Shown in pieces: positions 49,380-57,036 of a DNA stretch of 57,036 bases (its first letter is position 1; each line of letters opens with the position of its first letter). Under the pieces are notes generated by a model. It had not been told where the DNA came from. It was given only the letters and a program-made list of their open reading frames with translations, and ran no database searches. The translations under genes and the position numbers were made by a program. The stretch comes from Octopus bimaculoides (taxonomy: Eukaryota). Location: positions 91,359,974-91,417,009 of the forward strand of contig NC_068985.1 in the NCBI RefSeq assembly GCF_001194135.2, in the 5' to 3' direction.

Positions 49380-52300
49380 GACAGTTAGATGATGGTTTAG
49401 ATGACCGAAAATTCGAACCTACTAACGGAAGTATTTTTCTTATATGTGTGCATGTGCGGTGTGTGTGTGGGGAGTGTATTGTTGGGGGATGTATATGCGT
49501 GCAAAAGCTAGAAGGAAATGGTAGGATATGACATGCTCTATGTCGTTGAATTTAGCTTTGGTTTATTTGCGCTTAGAGAGAGACACCGTACCACCCATTC
49601 GAGCAATTGACACAGTGTAATATCTATATGACAGTTGGATGAAAAGAGACCTGAACTGTCATTTGAATGCTGCGGGAAGGAGCCTGATCTGAATAGGCGA
49701 AGTTTCTATATAAATATACATCAAAATATACTTGTCTGTCCGAATGTTTCTTGTTAATATCAATATGCGACAGCACAAATATGTATTCAAATGATGGCTA
49801 TGAAGCTAATTTCCGTGTTACTCTTTCCTTTTATCCCATATGATTGTCTATGTGCTTATTTTTGTGATCTTATGCACATGACTGTATACGCATGTAAATG
49901 TATATGGGAACGTCTATGTGTGTTTCTAGCGTGAAATATTGACCTCAATATTGGTCAAATATTTTCAGACAATATTCTCCCTCACCAATTTATGTGAATG
50001 AATCCGTCTTAATGCTAGCTTCATTCATATTCTTTTCATTCTGAATATAGCTGCAGTTCATAGTAACGTTCTCTATCATGCTCAGTAACCAATTAGCCAT
50101 ATTTGAGAATATTGCGCTCAATGAAATTTACCCTTTAGAGATTTTCTCCTCGATACATTTATTGGCCACTCATATAAATACACACCCACTCACTCCACGG
50201 ACACACAATCAAACGCATACACTTACACTTTCATATGTTTGAACACATGCGAGTTACATCGCTTCCATCGTTGTGATGTATAAGTTTCTAAACTAAAAGC
50301 CACCTCCCCAGAGATATGGTTAATTTATTCCTGAAAGAAATTACCAATGACTGCAAGCTTCATATCATCTGTTGTATCTGGATTTCTGTCGCATATGAAA
50401 GGGTGAGCTTGCTCAGAAAGACACATGAACAGACAGAGAGAGACACACACACACACACACGCACACATGCATACAGTCACATGCACACATACACACACGT
50501 ACACACGCACGTATATGTGTGCCCTTCAACGTAAAAGATCATAATCTCATACACATGTACACGTGTATATCCGCGTTTGTGTGCATTTAAATAATATACT
50601 TGCGCATATACATATCAATGTTTTAATATTTGTATATACATTTACGTGCGTATATACGTGTATATATATACATGTATACATCTTACAGATTTCCTGTAAA
50701 ATTTAGAGCGATTACTAAAAGATTCACAGTTCAGTATGCGGATTCGGCTATGTAAGCAATACATTTCCATTGTCTACAAAGACGTGTTCGTATACGAAGA
50801 ATCGTAACATTCACTACTGTCAATGAAGTTTGTACAAAATTTGTAGATATAAACTTCAAAATAACAACACCCACAGCAGACAGATAAGTCAGCCATAATA
50901 TTGAACCGTAAACATTTAATATTCTTGATAGCATTGGTGTTGTCTTGGTGGCAGATTATATATATATATATATGGATATATATATATATATATATATATA
51001 NNNNNNNNNNNNNNNNNNNNNNNNNNNNNNNNNNNNNNNNNNNNNNNNNNNNNNNNNNNNNNNNNNNNNNNNNNNNNNNNNNNNNNNNNNNNNNNNNNNN
51101 NNNNNNNNNNNNNNNNNNNNNNNNNNNNNNNNNNNNNNNNNNNNNNNNNNNNNNNNNNNNNNNNNNNNNNNNNNNNNNNNNNNNNNNNNNNNNNNNNNNN
51201 NNNNNNNNNNNNNNNNNNNNNNNNNNNNNNNNNNNNNNNNNNNNNNNNNNNNNNNNNNNNNNNNNNNNNNNNNNNNNNNNNNNNNNNNNNNNNNNNNNNN
51301 NNNNNNNNNNNNNNNNNNNNNNNNNNNNNNNNNNNNNNNNNNNNNNNNNNNNNNNNNNNNNNNNNNNNNNNNNNNNNNNNNNNNNNNNNNNNNNNNNNNN
51401 NNNNNNNNNNNNNNNNNNNNNNNNNNNNNNNNNNNNNNNNNNNNNNNNATACACGCATGATGAACTTCCGCCGAAGACGATGTGTGTTTAGATTTTGATA
51501 AATGACCTGCAAAAATGTTTTGTTTCTGGGTGTGGGGGAAATGGATATCCTCCGCACTATTTTATATCTATATATATATACATACTGTTGTCAGGTGACA
51601 TTAAAAAGAAAATGGGAGAACAGTACACAACAATCTCATGGAGAGAAAACTCATACTTTATAAGCATAAGAGTGCATGTTTGATAATTCATTAAGAAGCT
51701 TTTATTGGACTGACATTATACTTGACAAAAATATGTTTGTGTATGTCTTCTGTATGCTCTGAGAAGTACTAAGCATAGTAGAATAAGTAGGAATACATAA
51801 GAGCTACAATTATAGCTACAGGTATATACCAGGCGTCTAGTCAAAATATGTAATCTAACGCTACCTTTATTTAATAAAATCGTATTCCATTCCGCGTTGT
51901 ATCTTTGCGAATACTAATATTTAATATACGAAACGAGATATTTGAAATGATCTGTAACTCGGACAACAATACATAGAGACTCATTTCTGCCACCAGAAAC
52001 TTCCATAACATTGTTGACGCTGAATGCCTGTGGTAGACAAGAAACAGCATCAGATGTATAATGCTTGCTTGAAAGACATATGAATGCTGCAACGTATTAT
52101 TAGAGAACAGTTACTTGACAGTTAAAGCCGAGACGTGTAAATCAAACGTTTCCTCATCGTTGAGTATTTTAATTACTCAGGACGTAGCACAACTTTTAAT
52201 TCCTGTTCTAATAAAAGAATAGCCTTCTTGAATTTACATTAAAATACTCATCATTACAAAGTTATTAATCCGAAGGGTAATGGCTCCATTTATACGTGTA

Positions 52301-53818
52301 AGAGATTAATTTCATACTTCGAAGAAAAAGTTCACATTATTGAGTAGCAGGTTGAAAATTAACTAAATAACAAAGTTATAACGTTGCCTTCACACAATCA
52401 TAGTTAACTAGAAACGCCGAGTTTGCTGTACAAGAGTAAAAGACCTCCCTGATATCATCCACAACGTCACAAGCAATAGATAATTCTAGAATATGGGATG
52501 CAAAATTGTTGCCAAAAGTTGTTTCAAGTATGTTCCCATGAAAAATTGTTCTGCCTATTCTACGAAATTCTAATATGATCCACAAAATAGCCACACAACC
52601 TAGAAATAATACTGTCAGATTGTTCAAATAAAAAATGGTATCCAATTTTTCATGTTTCATGAAGACATCTTCCGAATGAATTAGATTGTGTTACAGTGTA
52701 GTGTGTAAAATATGTTATTTTATTTCAGACTCATATTTCCGCAGATTCATTGAACTGTCTTTACTGAAAACAATTAAGCTCCATCTGTTTCTCGGTGGCG
52801 CATCAACATTTTGCGAAGGATATAAATAAATACATATTTTAATCACTTTATTTCATACCGTCTAAGTTGGAGAGCCAGTATTCAAAAGCCAATATTTCTT
52901 TGATTTTATAAAATTTATCAAAAAAAAAAAAAAATATGGACAGGTCATGCTTTAATAATTAATGAAAAATTTAGTTGCTAAAAATTTAATATCTAATTGA
53001 GAAGTGTCATACTACCTATACATTTACATCATACCAATATTTGCAAAATAAATTAGCTACACCGTAATTTGTCATCATTTCCTGTGCTAAAGAGTTGAAT
53101 TAATTTCAATAGATCACAATCTGTCTGGCACTGCACCAGAGAGTGAATACCCATCCGTTTTTTTTAATTTTTAATGTATATAACAAATTTACGAGCTGTA
53201 CTAATTTAGATATTAATGCGTTGAAAGAATGAATCATTAAATTGATAGATAAAACAATATATACATGTTTTTTGATAATTTGGATTGGAAACTAATGTAT
53301 CTATTTCCCCAAAATACGATATTTTCCATGAGGTGAAAAGATAATGTAGTTAATGCACACGATGTTATCAGTCTGACCGTGAGCAGATGATGACAACATG
53401 GAGATGATTAACGTCTATTCAATTGACGAATTAATTAGAGAAAGATTACCATTCTTTGTTCCCGGTAGAGATTAATACCTTCAGGGTATTTACAGCGTGC
53501 ATGAAACTGAGTATTGGTGGAATGGTCTGCCTGGTTTATATAACACTTAGCGTTGTAACAACATCCATACTAAATGAATAAATAATAGTTTATGAAGTGT
53601 TTTCCATATTGATAAGTTTTCAATTTAAAGTGAAAATCATGTGCTTTATTTTGAAGAGAGATCAATGTAACAAACTATTCAATCAATGACATAAATTAGG
53701 ACGAATAAAAAAAAAGTTACATAATTTATATATCTACCTTACCGTCTTCACGCCTCTCCATCAACGTCTTTATAGAGAGGGGGAAAGAGCGAGAGTAAGA
53801 GCGCGAGATTTGTGCGAA

Positions 53819-53910
<92 letters not shown>
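53819..53910. repeat. (TG)n microsatellite
   Basis: Read directly. Confidence 0.97.
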
Positions 53911-53912
<2 letters not shown>

Positions 53913-54885
53913 AGTGAGTGTATTTGTGATTACGAGTGACCTGCATGCGTCTATATCCACATATACGCATTCATCAATATTTAAAAAGGTGCATAGCCAT
54001 TTGAACTCTCACAGACAATCCGAAATACCTTCAGAAATAGCCAATTTATTTTTTCTTCTTTCATGTAACCTGGTTACAACGATCCCTTAATATAAATAGT
54101 TGAAGACTCAGAAATAATTAACTAATAATTAAGAGATGAAATACAAAAGTAAGACGCTTATAATAAACATTACCATTTGATTATCCATTCCTACAAGTGT
54201 CCATTTGACCAAATTTATGATGTGTATTTACAAGATTGCCAATAAATGACGGGAACGAACAAAGAGCCTAGGGAAAATATTCTAGTGGAGGCAGGTAAAG
54301 TTCATTTCTTGCAACCAGAAAGCGTTGTTAAAAGTCAATTGTCAGTGCTTTTATTCTTCGTTAAAAACTTGCTACATTCCAATATAAGCGTCATTAACGT
54401 GTCAAGCGGAACAACTGGCCGTTGCACTGATGGCGTTTGAGTATTAACTTAAAATGCAATGGGGTGTTGTTAATGTTGGACATAATGCTGGATTCGTTGA
54501 GATAGAGAACCCAGAGAATCTATAATAATATGCTGGCAATCGCTTTTCTATATGGAGCAAATATCGAAAATAACTTGGAGCAAAAAATTAAAGACACAGC
54601 ACTGAATTTTTTTTCCGTTTTTTACCTAAATATTTTCAATGTTAAAATGCAAAGGCAAGTATCTATTGGGAATGTTAAGATTGTTGCTGCTTTATTGCAT
54701 TAGTTGCCATTTGGTATATAGTCGGGTGCGATGGACACTGCATGGAAAATGTATGTGAAAGAGAAAATATCGAGGAATAGATTATGGAATATTTTTAAAA
54801 ATGCAACAGACAAAACAGAGAATCGATTAGATTCCAAAAGCGTGGCAGTATATACATTAACGAGTAAAAACAAGATGTGTATGTA

Positions 54886-54910
54886 TGTATGTATGTATGT
54901 ATGTATGTGT

Positions 54911-54964
<54 letters not shown>

Positions 54965-55075
54965 GTCTAGCTATCTATCATCTCTCTCTGTATATATATA
55001 TATATATATNNNNNNNNNNNNNNNNNNNNNNNNNNNNNNNNNNNNNNNNNNNNNNNNNNNNNNNNNNNNNNNNNN

Positions 55076-55108
<33 letters not shown>

Positions 55109-55110
55109 GG
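54886..55110. repeat. Compound (TATG)n(TATC)n(TA)n-gap-(GA)n microsatellite
   Basis: Read directly. Confidence 0.96.
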
Positions 55111-56670
55111 AGAGATGATAGATATTTAGATGGATTCGGATGAAACTTTCAGAGATGTTTGTCCTTGTGATTCACAAAGACTCTCAAAGTTGGATTCAGT
55201 TTGAATATGCTACATTCACCTGATACTGCCATTGAAATTGTAATATATGCCTTCTTATTGTTTTATTTTATCTACGTTGGCGCAAACCATCCTAAGCACG
55301 ATCGTATTTTTTGGCAAAAAACATTGTCCTTTTCTTAAAGGGTATCTTCTGGTGAATACATTTTCCTTCTGTGTCTTCCTGGTTGAGTAATTTAATTGAT
55401 AAGAGGCACTGTTGTGAGCACTTGTGAATGCTTTTCCTTGAAAGCACACTGAAACCAACTGTTACTTGACGGAATGAATTTTTAAAAGTTGATCTGTTAG
55501 GTGGGAATTTTACAACGTTCTTTTGCTTTTGTAACCATAGGTAACGTTTCTCGTTGAGAGTGATCTGATTTTGATTTCTACAACCATCTAATATTGATTC
55601 GCATTGGAGAAAATGGTGTCTTTAAATGATCATTTGTGCCATTTTAAAGTAGTATTATATTATAATATCAGATAATCTGAAAGTACAATGCATATTTTAT
55701 ATTACTTCCGTTGGACAGTTATAGACCTGATGACATTTAACTAATGCAAGATCTACATTTATTTCTTATAGTGATTACTATTCGAAAGTATGTTATTCGA
55801 CTATCTTTAATGATCAGGTTTGTCATATTAAATATGTAGTTTCATTAAGTTGGTTTTATCCTATAGTGTACGATATAATTCGCGGTTACAGTCTCCATTT
55901 TATTCCAGTCAATATTGAATAGAACGTGTTGTTGAAGAGGTAAATGATATCAAAAACGAAACAAAATAAATAGAAACAACTTCAGCATCCGAAAGAATAG
56001 CTGAAGTCTGATTGGAATGTTATCATTTTCTCCAATATTATAGCCGAAATTAAATGCCGTGTAAAGTAATTTTAATTTTTATTTTCCGCTGCCAATTTTC
56101 ATATCTGTGTAATTATTGCTGATGATTTCCACACCAGGTTATTTCTGATAAAGAAAACCCATGATTAAATGTGTTTTAGCATTGTAAATTCTGTATTTGT
56201 TAGCATATATGACTATATTATATGGCGATCCCTTCATTTTGCGGCTATAGATTATGATCTGGTTGTGATATGAGGGTTATTTGGCTGATAATTATTTCAG
56301 CTTGAGCGAAATCGCTGAGGCTTATAGCATCATTCTGCATTCGCTCAACAGTTATCTTGGCAGAAATACACATTTATTTGATGATTCTATATCTTTCTTT
56401 CCTTTTCTAAAGAGAGGTTGATGTGATTTTATATGTAGATTTAAAACTTCTAAAAATACACATCAAAAATAACTGGAATGACGACGATTATTGTATGACA
56501 TAAGGCAATCAGTGGTGTACAATATCATCTGAATCTACAGTGTTTTTCGTAAATTTCTATGCTTTAATGCTGTACTAGGTATACGAAAAGACGGTGTTTA
56601 AATAATGATTTAGTATTTACAATCTAAAATCTTGAGTAGTGTTGAGCAGATGTACATGTCAATAGGCTTG

Positions 56671-56705
<35 letters not shown>

Positions 56706-57036
56706 TATAGTTTTAGGGAAAATAACCAATTTTCAAGAACTCATCGATGAAAATCCACTATCACATATAGAAAAATTAATAATTAAAAGCACAATAAATG
56801 AGTATAATATAAAGTAAAGTAAATATCATAAGATAAATATAATAAAAAGATTACACGTGTTTCATAACCAATTTTCAAATAGAAAAGAAATTTAAATCGA
56901 TTAAAATCAATTGAAATTATCGAAAATAAGTTCTATTCAAAAATATAGCTACTCGTCAGATCGTAAGTAGAACAATAATTAGATAAATATCTCAACCAAC
57001 AATAAGTACCAAATGAATTAATATGAAATACTTATT

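Larger units (their letters stand above)
8922..55075. other. Assembly N-gaps at approximately 8922-9318, 10679-10688, 12147-12343, 16535-16902, 27446-27643, 28175-28555, 37895-38111, 38614-38995, 40045-40700, 49115-49319, 51001-51448 and 55010-55075
   Basis: N runs, most bordered by (TA)n or (CA)n, typical of a short-read draft assembly. Confidence 0.97.

Noticed and set aside
15466-49955. Several short hairpins or palindromes (e.g. caattctcttctgcagaaagaattg near 15467, aagccttct...agaaggctt near 29279, aatggcaagtattgccatt near 45367, aatattgacc...ggtcaaatatt near 49935)
   Set aside because: Stems of 8-11 bp are expected by chance and are too short for pre-miRNAs
52729-52830. Plus-strand terminal-exon-like segment ending in TAA overlapping AATAAA
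   Set aside because: AATAAA and ttttatttcag acceptors are frequent at this AT content, and no upstream exon can be tied to it
5172-55143. Dozens of ORF-track entries with poly-L/S/T/V/I/Y, YIYI, CVCV, HTHT or X runs
   Set aside because: They are translations of microsatellites or run through N-gaps, which contain no stop codons
1-57036. CRISPR array, prokaryotic operon or defence system
   Set aside because: There are no regularly spaced repeat-spacer units and no dense ORFs. The repeat landscape is that of an animal genome.
1-57036. Conserved bilaterian or lophotrochozoan miRNAs (let-7, miR-1, -2, -7, -9, -71, -124, -184, bantam and others)
   Set aside because: Scanning by eye found no mature-sequence matches; this was not an exhaustive search

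Overview
This is AT-rich eukaryotic, mostly non-coding DNA from a draft assembly, with about 12 N-gaps, most adjoining microsatellites. It is not prokaryotic, and there is no operon, CRISPR array, rRNA or free-standing tRNA. The (TA/CA/TAG/TAT/GATA)n load and the tRNA-headed SINE families look like a coleoid cephalopod, probably Octopus; that is inference from pattern recognition, not a database hit. I cannot identify any protein-coding gene with confidence. Most long ORFs in the track are microsatellite or N-gap artefacts, and a few others are transposon relics. Well supported: two mariner relics, a deleted DD41D (rosa/Visitor-type) Tc1/mariner element with TIRs and TA TSD, a 666-bp MITE with 28-bp GG-terminal TIRs and an 8-bp TSD (Merlin-like), a second 273-bp MITE, an RTE-type LINE with an apparent 5' inversion, three SINE families, and two copies of a Penelope-like repeat carrying a decayed minimal hammerhead ribozyme. 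The best leads are the hammerhead relics, a pre-miRNA-like hairpin at 19110-19176, the Merlin-like MITE with internal telomeric repeats, and closely spaced inverted SINE pairs that could be ADAR substrates. A weak, unproven chain of phase-compatible minus-strand micro-exons is also noted. I see no clear new multi-gene system.
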